Origin: an uncultured bacterium | GTDB taxonomy: Bacteria; Krumholzibacteriota; Krumholzibacteriia; LZORAL124-64-63 | Direction of reading: 5' to 3' | NCBI GenBank assembly: GCA_963727525.1 | Contig: CAVSGO010000007.1 | Coordinates: forward strand, 928,001-992,000 | DNA: 64,000 nt | Shown here: piece by piece, positions 1 through 9,020 of the stretch | Layout: each line of letters opens with the position of its first letter | Numbering within the stretch: the stretch's first letter is position 1 | Made by a program: the position numbers and the translations under genes | The notes under the pieces: model-generated | Told to the model about the DNA's origin: nothing | The model's input: only the letters and a program-made list of their open reading frames with translations | The model's database searches: none

Positions 1-283
1 CGAGCGACTCCTTGCGGCCCGTCTTGAGCGTGAGATCCGCATGCTGCAAGAGGTCGGCAAGGCGCGTCTCGTCGTCGGCCGCGATGCCGTGATCGAGGGC
101 CGCTCGCGTGAGGGCGCGGTACATGGCGCCCGTGTCGACATAGCTGAGTCCGTGATGCTGCGCGACATGCTGCGCCGTGGTCGACTTGCCCGACCCCGCC
201 GGACCGTCGATCGCCACTACGGCATCCGCCGGCAGGCGGACGCCGCTGGTGGCGACGCGCTCGAACGAGGGCAGGCGGCGCAC
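1..283 (-). CDS. cmk: Cytidylate kinase, 5' part; runs off the window edge
   Basis: Not in the ORF track. Manual translation gives ...[39 protein letters not shown], with the Cmk P-loop and DTGAMYR motif. GTG start at 283 is tentative. Confidence 0.9.
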   Translation of the reverse strand, partial: MRRLPSFERVATSGVRLPADAVVAIDGPAGSGKSTTAQHVAQHHGLSYVDTGAMYRALTRAALDHGIAADDETRLADLLQHADLTLKTGRKESL

Positions 284-287
284 CTCC

Positions 288-1394
288 CTACACCAGGATG
301 CCGGCGAGGGCGTCGAGACAACGCCGGTTCTCGGCTGGCAGGCCGATGCTGATCCGCACCGCGCCCTCGCCATCGCCGAGCCCGAATGCGTCCATGGGAC
401 GCACGATCACGCCCTGGCGCAGCAGACCGTCGGCCAGCGCCTTGCCGCTGCCTGGGCAGCGGCAGAACAGGAAGTTCGTCTGGCTCGGCGTGACGGTCAG
501 TCCCAGACGCGCGAGCTCCTCAGCCATCCACTCGAGCTGTTCGCGGTTGCGTTGCACCCGCCCGGCGACCTCGTCCCAGGCGTCGAGGCACGCGATGGCG
601 GCGGCCTGTGCGAGCATGTTCACGTTGAACGGCGCGCGCGTCTTGTGCAGCTCGGCCACGAGGGCGGGGTCGGCCACACCGTAGCCCACGCGTAGACCGG
701 CGAGGCTGTGGATCTTGCTGAAGGTACGGAGCACGACCAGGTTCGGATACTGCGCCTGCAGCGGCAGGGTCTGCGGGTAATCGGATGCCACGACGTACTC
801 GTAATATGCCTCGTCGACGGCCACCACCACGTCGGGCGGCACGTCGGCCATGAACGCCGCAAACTCGTCGGCGGTGACGTGAGTGCCGGTGGGGTTGTTC
901 GGATTGCAGACGATGACGAGCTTGGTCTTCCCATCGATCGCGCGCGCCATCGCAGGGAGATCGTGGCGCAGCTCGGCTGTGAGCGGCACGCCGCGCCCGA
1001 CCTCGAAGTGGACCTTCGAGGTGAGCGGGTAGACGATGAAGCTGTGCTCGCTGTAGACGACGTTCTCGCCCGGCGACGTGAGCGCGCGGATGAGCAGGTC
1101 GATGACCTCGTTACTGCCGTTGCCGAAGATGAGGCTTTCCGGTGCGACGTCGAGGTGTCGCGCGAGACGTTTGCCGAGGGCGAAGCACGTTGCATCCGGG
1201 TAGCGGTTCAGGTCGCACGCCGCGGCTTGCACGGCCGCGAGCACTTGCGGCAGCGGTCCCTCGGGATTCTCGTTGCTGGCGAGCTTGACGACGTCGGCAA
1301 GTCCGAGTTCCCGCTTCACTTCCTCGATGGGTTTACCTGGGGAGTAGGGTCGCGATGTGCGGATACCGGAGCGTAGCGTGCGATTGAGATCCAT
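288..1394 (-). CDS. hisC: Histidinol-phosphate aminotransferase (PLP, class II)
   Basis: [34 protein letters not shown] and [16 protein letters not shown] motifs. Start trimmed to MDLNR. Confidence 0.92.
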   Translation of the reverse strand: MDLNRTLRSGIRTSRPYSPGKPIEEVKRELGLADVVKLASNENPEGPLPQVLAAVQAAACDLNRYPDATCFALGKRLARHLDVAPESLIFGNGSNEVIDLLIRALTSPGENVVYSEHSFIVYPLTSKVHFEVGRGVPLTAELRHDLPAMARAIDGKTKLVIVCNPNNPTGTHVTADEFAAFMADVPPDVVVAVDEAYYEYVVASDYPQTLPLQAQYPNLVVLRTFSKIHSLAGLRVGYGVADPALVAELHKTRAPFNVNMLAQAAAIACLDAWDEVAGRVQRNREQLEWMAEELARLGLTVTPSQTNFLFCRCPGSGKALADGLLRQGVIVRPMDAFGLGDGEGAVRISIGLPAENRRCLDALAGILV

Positions 1395-1425
1395 CGTCCA
1401 CACCTCTCGTTCGGCGACTCGTCGT

Positions 1426-2205
1426 TCAGGCCGTGGGCGGCCGGCCGGCCGCGCGGCGCAGCGCATCCTCCTCGCGGCGATCAAGCCGTCGGAAACCGCC
1501 CTCGCGCAGACGGCCCAGTTCCACCGGACCGATCGCGGTGCGCGTGAGGCCGATCACCTTGGCGTTCACCGCGGCCATCATGCGACGGATCTGACGCTTG
1601 CGACCCTCGTGCAGTTCGATCACCCAGTGCCGGCGATCGCCTTCGGAGTCGGGAATCAGGTGGCACGTGCGCACTGGTCGTCCGTCGAGGACGATCACCC
1701 CGCCGGTGAGGGTACGCTCGGCGCCCATCACCAGCTGTCGGGCGAGGACGATGTCGTAACATTTCCAGACCCCGCTGCTCGGTCGCATCAACGCCTGGCC
1801 CAGATCACCGTCGTCGGTCCAAAGGAGCAACCCGGCGCTGTCGGCGTCAAGGCGACCAACCGGCTTGAAACGGTCGGGAATATCCGCGCGCAGGGCGTAG
1901 GGGGCGAGACCCTTCTGGCCTCCCTGGGTGCGCAGCGTACTGACGATGCCGATGGGCTTGTGGAAGGCGTACACGCGAAAGCCTTGCGGCAGCGCCGTGG
2001 GCATGCCGTCGACGGCGACCACGTCGCGACGCGGATCGATGCGGATGGCAAGGTCGCGCACCACAGTGCCGTTCACGCTCACGCGCCCCGCCGCGACCAG
2101 CGCCTCCACGCTGCGCCGCGATCCATGGCCGGCACGCGCCAGATACCGGTTCAGACGCAGCGCGTCGCCAGCGTCCTCACTCCTCGCGGCGGGTGTCTTC
2201 GGCAT
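1426..2205 (-). CDS. rluB: rRNA pseudouridine synthase, RluB/RsuA family
   Basis: S4 domain RLNRYLARAGHGSRR, catalytic VGRLDADSAGLLL, EGRKRQIRRM; follows scpB. Confidence 0.85.
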   Translation of the reverse strand: MPKTPAARSEDAGDALRLNRYLARAGHGSRRSVEALVAAGRVSVNGTVVRDLAIRIDPRRDVVAVDGMPTALPQGFRVYAFHKPIGIVSTLRTQGGQKGLAPYALRADIPDRFKPVGRLDADSAGLLLWTDDGDLGQALMRPSSGVWKCYDIVLARQLVMGAERTLTGGVIVLDGRPVRTCHLIPDSEGDRRHWVIELHEGRKRQIRRMMAAVNAKVIGLTRTAIGPVELGRLREGGFRRLDRREEDALRRAAGRPPTA

Positions 2206-2941
2206 CGTCTTCCTCGGTGACGTCGTCGTCGGTCTCGTCTTGGTCGGTCTCGTCTTGGTCGGTCTCGTCTTGGTCGGTCTCGTCTTCGTCGGGACTGGTC
2301 CCCCCGTCCACGCCGCCTCCGTCTACCGCGGACGGAGCTTCTCCCCCCGGATCCCGCAGCTCATCGAAGTCCTCGTCGGTGAGTTCGGTGCCGAACTGGC
2401 TCGCGAAGGCCTTCAGCTCGTCGCGGTCCTCGATGATACTCTCGAGGTCCGGCAGCGCGGGAAGCTGACCAAGGCCCGGCAGGCCGAGATGGTTGAGGAA
2501 CTCGCGCGTGGTGCCGTAGAGCAACGGGTGGCCCACCGACTCGGAGCGGCCGACGACCGTGATCAGGTTGCGCTCCTGCAAAGTGGTGATGGCGCCACTG
2601 CTGTTGACGCCGCGGACCTCCTCCACCTCCAGGCGGGTGAGCGGCTGGCGGTAGGCGATGATCGCCAGCACCTCGAGGCCGGCCCGCGAGAGGCGCGTGA
2701 AGCGGCGGGTCCGGAAGAGCCCCTCCACCAGGGGCGCGTACTCGGGTCGCGTGGCGATCTGCCAGCCCCCGCCGAATTCGACGACGGTGAAGGCGTGCGA
2801 CGCGGCGTCGTATTCGTCGACCAGTTCCTTGAGGACGCCCTTGAGATCGGTGGCGCTGGTGTCGGGGAAGATCTTCTTCAGGCGCGCCACCGTGAGCGGG
2901 CTATCGGTGGCGAAGAGCAAGGCCTCGATCTCCCGCTTCAA
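2177..2941 (-). CDS. scpB: SMC-Scp complex subunit ScpB with acidic C-terminal tail
   Basis: IEALLFA, LSRAGLEVLAIIAYRQPLTR, VRGVNS, LLYGTTREFL motifs. Confidence 0.95.
   Translation of the reverse strand: MKREIEALLFATDSPLTVARLKKIFPDTSATDLKGVLKELVDEYDAASHAFTVVEFGGGWQIATRPEYAPLVEGLFRTRRFTRLSRAGLEVLAIIAYRQPLTRLEVEEVRGVNSSGAITTLQERNLITVVGRSESVGHPLLYGTTREFLNHLGLPGLGQLPALPDLESIIEDRDELKAFASQFGTELTDEDFDELRDPGGEAPSAVDGGGVDGGTSPDEDETDQDETDQDETDQDETDDDVTEEDDAEDTRREE
2231..2290. repeat. 15-bp tandem repeat x4 (GGTCTCGTCTTGGTC) encoding DQDET units in the ScpB tail
   Basis: Three perfect copies and one copy with a single mismatch, read directly. Confidence 0.9.
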
Positions 2942-3912
2942 CCCTGCACCTCCTGCGCGCTGGTCGCTGCGGTCGTGGCGTCCATCTCGGTCGTGGGTTC
3001 CGCGTCGTGGTCTTCACGCATCTGCAGCCAGATCACACCGTGGATCTCCGTCTGGAAGACCGCAACCTGCCCTCGCTTCACCAGTTCGAGGATGGCGATG
3101 AATGTGACGATGACCTCCATCTTGATGGCATCGTCGCGGAAGCAATCCACGAAGCGGACGGTCTCGCTCTCCTGCAGCCGGTCGAGGACCAGGGCGATCT
3201 TCTCCACCACGGTGTAAGGCTCGCGCTTGATCTCGTGCACCGGCCGCGCGCGGACACGATCGAAGATGTCGGCCAGGGCACTGAGCAGATCGTACATCTC
3301 GATCTTCAGCTCCGGCTCCACCTCCACCTCGCCCAGGAACGGGTACCTGGTGGTCCGCAGGTGATACTGCACGCGCTGCTCCTCGCACTCACGCAGCTTG
3401 CCGGCCGCTTCCTTGAAACGCTTGTACTCGAGCAGGCGCTTCACGAGTTCGGCGCGCGGATCGTCCTCCGTTTCCTCCTCGGGCTCGCCGGGCGCCTTCG
3501 GCATGAGCATCTTCATCTTGATCACGAGCAGCGTGGCGGCCATGGCCATGAACTCGCCGGCCATGTCGAGCGACACCATCTGCATGATCTCGATGTGGCG
3601 AATGAATTTGTCGGTGATCCCACTGATGGGGATGTCGTAAATATCGATCTCATCCTTCTGGATGAGATAGAGCAGCAGATCCAGCGGGCCCTGGAAGCCC
3701 GACAGTTCCACCTGGTAAGCGTCGCTGCGCCGGAAGTAGTCGAGTTCGGGCGGCAGGCTCTCGATGTCCCAGCCGGTCGGGTCTGCAGCCGGCATAGGGT
3801 TCGGCTGCTCGGGCGCCAGCTGCTCGGGGTTCGCCTGCTCGCGGGTCGGCTGCTCGGGCGCGGGCGGCTCGAAAGACTGCGGCCGGAATTGATCGTCGCG
3901 GGGTGCGATCAC
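2938..3912 (-). CDS. scpA: Segregation and condensation protein ScpA (kleisin)
   Basis: FQGPLDLLLYLI, EFMAMAATLLVIK, DPRAELVKRLLEYK, IVTFIAILEL motifs. Confidence 0.95.
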   Translation of the reverse strand: MIAPRDDQFRPQSFEPPAPEQPTREQANPEQLAPEQPNPMPAADPTGWDIESLPPELDYFRRSDAYQVELSGFQGPLDLLLYLIQKDEIDIYDIPISGITDKFIRHIEIMQMVSLDMAGEFMAMAATLLVIKMKMLMPKAPGEPEEETEDDPRAELVKRLLEYKRFKEAAGKLRECEEQRVQYHLRTTRYPFLGEVEVEPELKIEMYDLLSALADIFDRVRARPVHEIKREPYTVVEKIALVLDRLQESETVRFVDCFRDDAIKMEVIVTFIAILELVKRGQVAVFQTEIHGVIWLQMREDHDAEPTTEMDATTAATSAQEVQG

Positions 3913-3936
3913 GCGGAGCTCCTTCTCTCGATATGT

Positions 3937-4923
3937 CTAGCCGATGCCCATGGCGTCGTGCACGCGGGCGAGCGTCTCGCGCGCCGTGGCGCACGCCTGC
4001 TCGCAACCGTGGTGGATGATCTCGTCGAGGTCGGCGGGTTTCGTCTCGTAGTGTGCGCGTCGCTCGCGCAACGGTGCGAAGTGCTCGACCACGCCCGCGA
4101 GCAGGCGCTTCTTGCAGTCGACGCAGCCGCGGGCGGCCGTGCGGCATTCCATTGCCGTCAGGTCCGCCTCCTCGGGCATGAACTTCTGATACCAGGTATA
4201 GATGGCGCAAACCTCGGGCGTGCCCGGGTCCTCGCGCCGCTTGCGGGCCGGGTCGGTGAACGCCGGCATGAGCTTGGTCTTGATCTCCTCGGGGCTCGCC
4301 GAGATCTCGATGGTGTTCCCGAGGGACTTGCTCATGCGCCGGCCATCGGTACCCGGGAAGCGCGCGAACCTGGTGACGAGCCCGTCCGGTTCGGGAAAGA
4401 CGTCGCCGAAGTGGAAGTTGAAGCGGCGGGCCATCTCGCGCGTGAGTTCCAGGTGCGGGAGCTGGTCCTCGCCCACGGGCACTGCATGGGCGCGGTAGAC
4501 GAGGATGTCGGCGGCCTGCAGCACCGGGTACCCCAGGTGGCCGAAGCTGATCTCGCCTTTCAGGTCGAGGTCCTTGACCTGCTCCTTGAAGGTGGGGTTG
4601 CGCTCGAGCCGGCCCAGGCTGATGTGCATGGCGAGAAGCAGGAACAGCTCGGCATGTTGCTTGACCTGCGACTGGATGAAGAGCACCGAACGCTCGGGAT
4701 CGAGCCCGGCACCTAGCCAGTCGAGAAACATCTCGCGAGTGTTGGTCGGGATCTCGCCCGCCTTGTCGAGCGCCGTGGTGAGGACGTGCCAGTCGGCCAC
4801 CATGAAGTAGCACTGGTACTCGTCCTGGAGGTGGACCCAGTTCTCGAGCGCGCCCGTGTAATTTCCCCAGTGCAGCCGCCCGGTGGGCCGCATCCCGCTG
4901 AGAATGATCTTCTTGGGCGCCAA
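3937..4923 (-). CDS. trpS: Tryptophan--tRNA ligase
   Basis: ILSGMRPTGRLHWGNY (HIGH-like), YPVLQAADIL, VPVGEDQ, RMSKS (KMSKS-like). Start trimmed to TTG 4923. Confidence 0.96.
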   Translation of the reverse strand: MAPKKIILSGMRPTGRLHWGNYTGALENWVHLQDEYQCYFMVADWHVLTTALDKAGEIPTNTREMFLDWLGAGLDPERSVLFIQSQVKQHAELFLLLAMHISLGRLERNPTFKEQVKDLDLKGEISFGHLGYPVLQAADILVYRAHAVPVGEDQLPHLELTREMARRFNFHFGDVFPEPDGLVTRFARFPGTDGRRMSKSLGNTIEISASPEEIKTKLMPAFTDPARKRREDPGTPEVCAIYTWYQKFMPEEADLTAMECRTAARGCVDCKKRLLAGVVEHFAPLRERRAHYETKPADLDEIIHHGCEQACATARETLARVHDAMGIG

Positions 4924-4996
4924 GGTGTTTCCCCTGAAGGCGAAGGTGTTACGCGAAAACAGCGAGGCGTGGTCGCCGCCATCGCACGCCGCCGGG

Positions 4997-5025
4997 AAGT
5001 TACCACGGCCAGGGTCGTCTGTCAA
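4997..5025 (-). promoter_or_regulatory. sigma70-type promoter for the trpS-scpAB-rluB-hisC-cmk run
   Basis: TTGACA-17 bp-TAACTT with TG extension, in the xerD/trpS intergenic gap. Confidence 0.7.
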
Positions 5026-5053
5026 AGCGGCGCGTCTGCCAAAGCGGGGTGGT

Positions 5054-5986
5054 TCATCGGCGCGCGCGCCGGGCACCGCGCGCCCGCGGGTGCGCGGCCC
5101 GATAGGCCTCCAGGATATGGGCGCGGTCCACATGCGTGTAGATCTCGGTGGTGGCGAGATCGGCGTGGCCTAGGAGTTCCTGCACCACCCGCAGATCAGC
5201 CCCGCCCTCGAGCAGGTGCGTGGCGTACGTGTGGCGCAGGGTATGGGGTGAGACCCGGCCCGCCAGCCCGGCTGCCATGGCGCCGCGCCTGAGCAGGGTC
5301 CAGACAGACACCCGGGTGAGACGGCCGCCCCGCTGGTTCAGGAAGAGGGCCGCGTTCGGGCGCCGCCCCACGCACGTGCTGCGGCCCCCGTCGAGCCAGG
5401 CCAGGATGGCCGCCAGTGCGGGTCCCCCCACGGGCACGACGCGTTGCTTGCTGCCCTTGCCGCGCACCCGGAGCGTGGCGTCCTGGCGGTCGACGTCGGC
5501 GAGGTCGAGTCCGACGAGCTCGCTCACGCGCACGCCGCTGCCGTAGAGCGTCTCGAGGATGGCCCGGTCGCGCCGATCCACCGGACGGTCGCCCACCACG
5601 CTGGCGAGCAGACGTTCGACCTGGGTCAGGCTCAGCACCGAGGGCAAAGGGCGTCCGGTGCGCGGCGAGAGGAGCGTGGTCGTGGGGTCGGTGGCGGCCA
5701 GGCCCTCGGCCACGAGAAAGCGGAAGAACGAGCGCATCGTCGACAGCAGGCGCGCTCGCGAGCGAGCGGCGAGGTCGCCGGCCGCCGCCAGGAGGAAGGC
5801 GCGCAGATCGTGGTCGCGCAGCATGGCGGGATCGGCATGGCCTGCCTTGACGGCCCACCGTCGCAGGCGGGCCAGGTCGCGCTGGTAGGCCTGCAGCGTG
5901 TTCGTCGCGAGTCCCTTCTCGGCCGCGACGTGCACGGTGAAGGCGTCGAGGGCACGGTCCCAGGCCGGCATCGCTGCGGCGGTCAT
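5054..5986 (-). CDS. xerD: Tyrosine recombinase XerD
   Basis: RDRAILETLYGSGVRVSEL, GKGSKQR, SPHTLRHTYATHLLEGGADLRVVQELLGHA, TTEIYTHV; conserved xerD-trpS-scpAB context. Confidence 0.88.
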   Translation of the reverse strand: MTAAAMPAWDRALDAFTVHVAAEKGLATNTLQAYQRDLARLRRWAVKAGHADPAMLRDHDLRAFLLAAAGDLAARSRARLLSTMRSFFRFLVAEGLAATDPTTTLLSPRTGRPLPSVLSLTQVERLLASVVGDRPVDRRDRAILETLYGSGVRVSELVGLDLADVDRQDATLRVRGKGSKQRVVPVGGPALAAILAWLDGGRSTCVGRRPNAALFLNQRGGRLTRVSVWTLLRRGAMAAGLAGRVSPHTLRHTYATHLLEGGADLRVVQELLGHADLATTEIYTHVDRAHILEAYRAAHPRARGARRARR

Positions 5987-7875
5987 GAGGCACCTCCGGC
6001 CTGCGGATGCTCGGCGAAGTAGACGAGCACGTTCTGCACGTCGTGCCGGTTGAGGCCGCGCACCGTCTGCAGGTCGTTGGCCGTGGCCGTGCGCATGCGC
6101 GCCACCGAGCCGAAATGGTGGAGCAGGGCCAGCTTCTTCACCCGGCCGATGCCCGGGATGCGATCCAGCTCGCTCGCCGTGGTGCGCTGGTCGCGCAGCA
6201 GGCGATGGTACGTGATGGCGAAACGGTGCGCCTCGTCGCGCACGCGCTGCAGGAGCTTGATAGCCTCGCTCGTGCGCGGCAACTTCAGCTCGCCGTCGAG
6301 GCGTACGATCGTCTCCTCGCGCTTGGCGAGCCCGATGACCTCGGCGTCGGCGAATCCGTGATGGTCGAGTACCGCTCGCGCGCGGCCGAGCTGTCCAATG
6401 CCGCCGTCGATCACCGTGAGGTCGGCCGGACGCTCCTCTTTCTCCACGAGTCGGCGGCAGAAACGCGTGAGCACCTCCTCCATGCTCGCGAAGTCATCGA
6501 TGCCCGCGACGGTGCGGATGCGGAAGCGCCGGTACCGCGACTTGAGCGGCACGCCGCCCTTGAACCACACCATCGACGCCACGGTCTCCCGGCCCTGGAA
6601 GTTGCTGATGTCGAAGCAGGCGATGGTCTCGGGCACCTTGCGCAGGCCGAGGCTCTCGGCGAGCTGCATGTCGGCCGGGGTGACGCGGCGGCGCGCTGCC
6701 TGCACCCCCGCCGCGAGCGCATGCTCGCGCAGCTTGAAGGCGGCATTGGCCAGCGCCATCTCCACCGCTTCCCGCTTCGCGCCGCGTTGCGGCACCGCGA
6801 GCTGCACGGGTTGGCCGCGCAGCCGTGCGAGCCAGTCGGCGAAGGTGGGCAGGTCGTCGATCGCGTGCGAGAGCAGTACGGTGGGAGCGATGTCGCCGGC
6901 GCGCGGAAAGTACTCGCGCAGGAGCTGGGCCACGAAGTCGGGCGTGGGCGAATCGTGGACGTCGCGTAGCAAAAAGTGATGCGTGGTGAGGATGCGTCCC
7001 TGGCGCACGCGCAGCACGACGCCGCAGGCATCCTGGCCATCGCGCGCGAGGCCGCAGACGTCGAGATCGGCGGCGATGCCCGGCAGCTTGCGGCTGCGGG
7101 CCACCGTGGTGCGCAGCTTGGCCAGGCGATCGCGCAGCCGCGCCGCGGCCTCGAACTCCAGGTCGGCGGCGAGGTCGCCCATCTCCCGTTCGAGGTCGGC
7201 AATCACGCTGGCGTCCCGGCCGTCGAGGAAATCGACGAAGCGCCGCACCTGGCGGCCGTAGGCCTTGTCGTCGACGAAGGCCACGCAGGGCGCCGTGCAG
7301 CGGCCAATCTGGTAGTCGAGGCAGGGGCGATCGACGGCGGCGTCGGGCAGCTCGAGGCTGCAGGTGCGCACCTGGAAGAACCCGGCCGCGAACTTCATGG
7401 TCTCGCGCATCGACCGCACGTCGGTGAAGGGCCCGAAGTAGCGCGCGCCGTCTCGCGCCATGCGGCGGGCGACGCCGATCCTGGGAAACGGCTCGCCCAG
7501 GGAGATGCGCAGGTACGGATACCGCTTATCGTCCTTGAGGCGGACGTTGTAGCGCGGCTTGTACTCCTTGATGAGCTGATCCTCGAGCACGAGGGCGTCG
7601 GTCTCGGTCTCGGTGGCGATGTAGTCGAAATCGTGGATCCGCTTGACCAGGGCCCGGGTCTTTGGGTCGCGATCGGGCAGGTCCTGGAAGTACGAGCGCA
7701 CACGGGCGTTGAGCCGTTTGGCCTTGCCCACATAGAGGACCTTGCCCCGGGCGTCCTTGTGCAGGTACACGCCGGGGGCCGCGGGCAGGAGCCGGACCTT
7801 CGCCAGCAGATGCTCCGCGACGGCCGGATCTGCCGACGGGGTCGGGGGTTGGGGCTGCTGGTCGTCACTTGACAT
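5983..7875 (-). CDS. uvrC: Excinuclease ABC subunit C
   Basis: GIY-YIG domain PGVY...YVGKAKRL, FDISN, IDGGIGQL, RDEAHRFA, C-terminal HhH. Confidence 0.97.
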   Translation of the reverse strand: MSSDDQQPQPPTPSADPAVAEHLLAKVRLLPAAPGVYLHKDARGKVLYVGKAKRLNARVRSYFQDLPDRDPKTRALVKRIHDFDYIATETETDALVLEDQLIKEYKPRYNVRLKDDKRYPYLRISLGEPFPRIGVARRMARDGARYFGPFTDVRSMRETMKFAAGFFQVRTCSLELPDAAVDRPCLDYQIGRCTAPCVAFVDDKAYGRQVRRFVDFLDGRDASVIADLEREMGDLAADLEFEAAARLRDRLAKLRTTVARSRKLPGIAADLDVCGLARDGQDACGVVLRVRQGRILTTHHFLLRDVHDSPTPDFVAQLLREYFPRAGDIAPTVLLSHAIDDLPTFADWLARLRGQPVQLAVPQRGAKREAVEMALANAAFKLREHALAAGVQAARRRVTPADMQLAESLGLRKVPETIACFDISNFQGRETVASMVWFKGGVPLKSRYRRFRIRTVAGIDDFASMEEVLTRFCRRLVEKEERPADLTVIDGGIGQLGRARAVLDHHGFADAEVIGLAKREETIVRLDGELKLPRTSEAIKLLQRVRDEAHRFAITYHRLLRDQRTTASELDRIPGIGRVKKLALLHHFGSVARMRTATANDLQTVRGLNRHDVQNVLVYFAEHPQAGGAS

Positions 7876-7897
7876 GGTGCGTCCGTCCGGTTACCTT
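7869..7897 (+). promoter_or_regulatory. sigma70-type promoter of rpsT; the -35 overlaps the uvrC start codon
   Basis: TTGACA (7869-7874)-17 bp-TACCTT (7892-7897). Confidence 0.65.
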
Positions 7898-7930
7898 CCT
7901 TGACCTGTGAATCTAACGGAGGTCAAGGTC

Positions 7931-8179
7931 TTGCCGCATCACAAGAGTTGCAAGAAGCGACTGAAGACGAGTCTGGAGCGTCGCGAGCGCAATCGGCAGA
8001 ATCGTGCCAACATGCGCACCGAGGTGAAGAGTTTCCGCACCGGTTCCAACGGGGAGGAACGCCAGGCCCAGTTGCCGCTGATGTACAGCCTGCTCGACGT
8101 GCAGGTGCGCAAGGGTGTCATGCCCAAGAAGCGCGCTTCGCGCCTGAAGAGCCGGCTCGCCGCACTCGCGCAGAAGTAG
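7931..8179 (+). CDS. rpsT: 30S ribosomal protein S20
   Basis: MPHHKSCKKRLKTS...RN...KGVMPKKRASRLKSRL; TTG start preceded by GGAGG at 7918-7922. Confidence 0.92.
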   Translation: MPHHKSCKKRLKTSLERRERNRQNRANMRTEVKSFRTGSNGEERQAQLPLMYSLLDVQVRKGVMPKKRASRLKSRLAALAQK

Positions 8180-8216
8180 CCGGCTCGGAAGGTGTTCTCG
8201 CGCTCCGCGAGTTTCC

Positions 8217-8247
8217 GGGGTGTGTCGGACGACACACCCCCCTTTTT
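8217..8247 (+). terminator. Intrinsic terminator after rpsT
   Basis: Perfect 10-bp stem GGGGTGTGTC-ggac-GACACACCCC followed by CCTTTTT. Confidence 0.8.
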
Positions 8248-8276
8248 GTGCCTACCGAATCCGTGTGCCTGCTCAT

Positions 8277-9020
8277 TCAGCTCTGTTGTGCGAGATCAGT
8301 GAGCACGTCGGTCACCCCGTAGAACCCGGGCGTGCGCCCGTGTACGAACCGCACGGCCGGCAGGACGCCGCGCAGGAACGCCCGCCGCGAGTGCGCGCGG
8401 TGGGACACCTGCAGCGTCTCCTCCTCGTCGGCCACGGTCCAAGCGTGCTCGCCGATCACGCCGCCGACGCGCAGCGAGTGTGTGGGCGGCGGGTCGCCTC
8501 CGCGGATGCTGCGCCAACCGTCGGCGAGCCAGCGCGCGGTGCCGCTCGGGCGATCGCGCTTCGTGTGGTGGTGGATCTCCACCTGCTCCGCGTCGAAACC
8601 CGAGGGCAAGGTGCGCGCGAGGAGGCGCAGCACGAGCTGGAGCGCGGGAATGCCGACGCTGAAGTTGCTCGCCTGCACGACGGGCCAGCGTGCGGCATAG
8701 TCGCGCAGATCGGCCCACTGCGCGGCGTCGAAGCCCGTGGTGCCGACCACGAGGGCCGCCTCGACCGCCGACCCCTGATCGAGCAATCCCGCCAGGGCCG
8801 ACGCGAGCGAGAAATCGATGATCACGCCACCAGGCGGGTGCACGGCAGCGAGCCGGTCCTGGCCGGTCACCGGTAGCGTCGGATGCAGGGTGCCGGCAGG
8901 TCGTTCCCTTCCCGTCTCGGTGATCAGGGCGACGAGTTCGCAGTCGGGCGCGGCCGCCACGAGGTCGGTGACGAGCCGACCCATGCGCCCCTCGGCGCCG
9001 TGCACTGTGACGGGGATCAT
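8277..9020 (-). CDS. dapB: 4-hydroxy-tetrahydrodipicolinate reductase
   Basis: VHGAEGRMG, IDFS, VVGTTG, ASNFSVG, EIHHHTKRDRPSGTA; ATGA overlap with dapA. Confidence 0.93.
   Translation of the reverse strand: MIPVTVHGAEGRMGRLVTDLVAAAPDCELVALITETGRERPAGTLHPTLPVTGQDRLAAVHPPGGVIIDFSLASALAGLLDQGSAVEAALVVGTTGFDAAQWADLRDYAARWPVVQASNFSVGIPALQLVLRLLARTLPSGFDAEQVEIHHHTKRDRPSGTARWLADGWRSIRGGDPPPTHSLRVGGVIGEHAWTVADEEETLQVSHRAHSRRAFLRGVLPAVRFVHGRTPGFYGVTDVLTDLAQQS

Noticed and set aside
2231-2290. Short repeats here and at 17318-17413 as CRISPR arrays
   Set aside because: Head-to-tail coding repeats with no spacers and no cas genes.
4924-4996. T-box or attenuator leader for trpS
   Set aside because: The leader is only about 65 nt after the predicted promoter, with no T-box consensus and no Trp-rich leader peptide.
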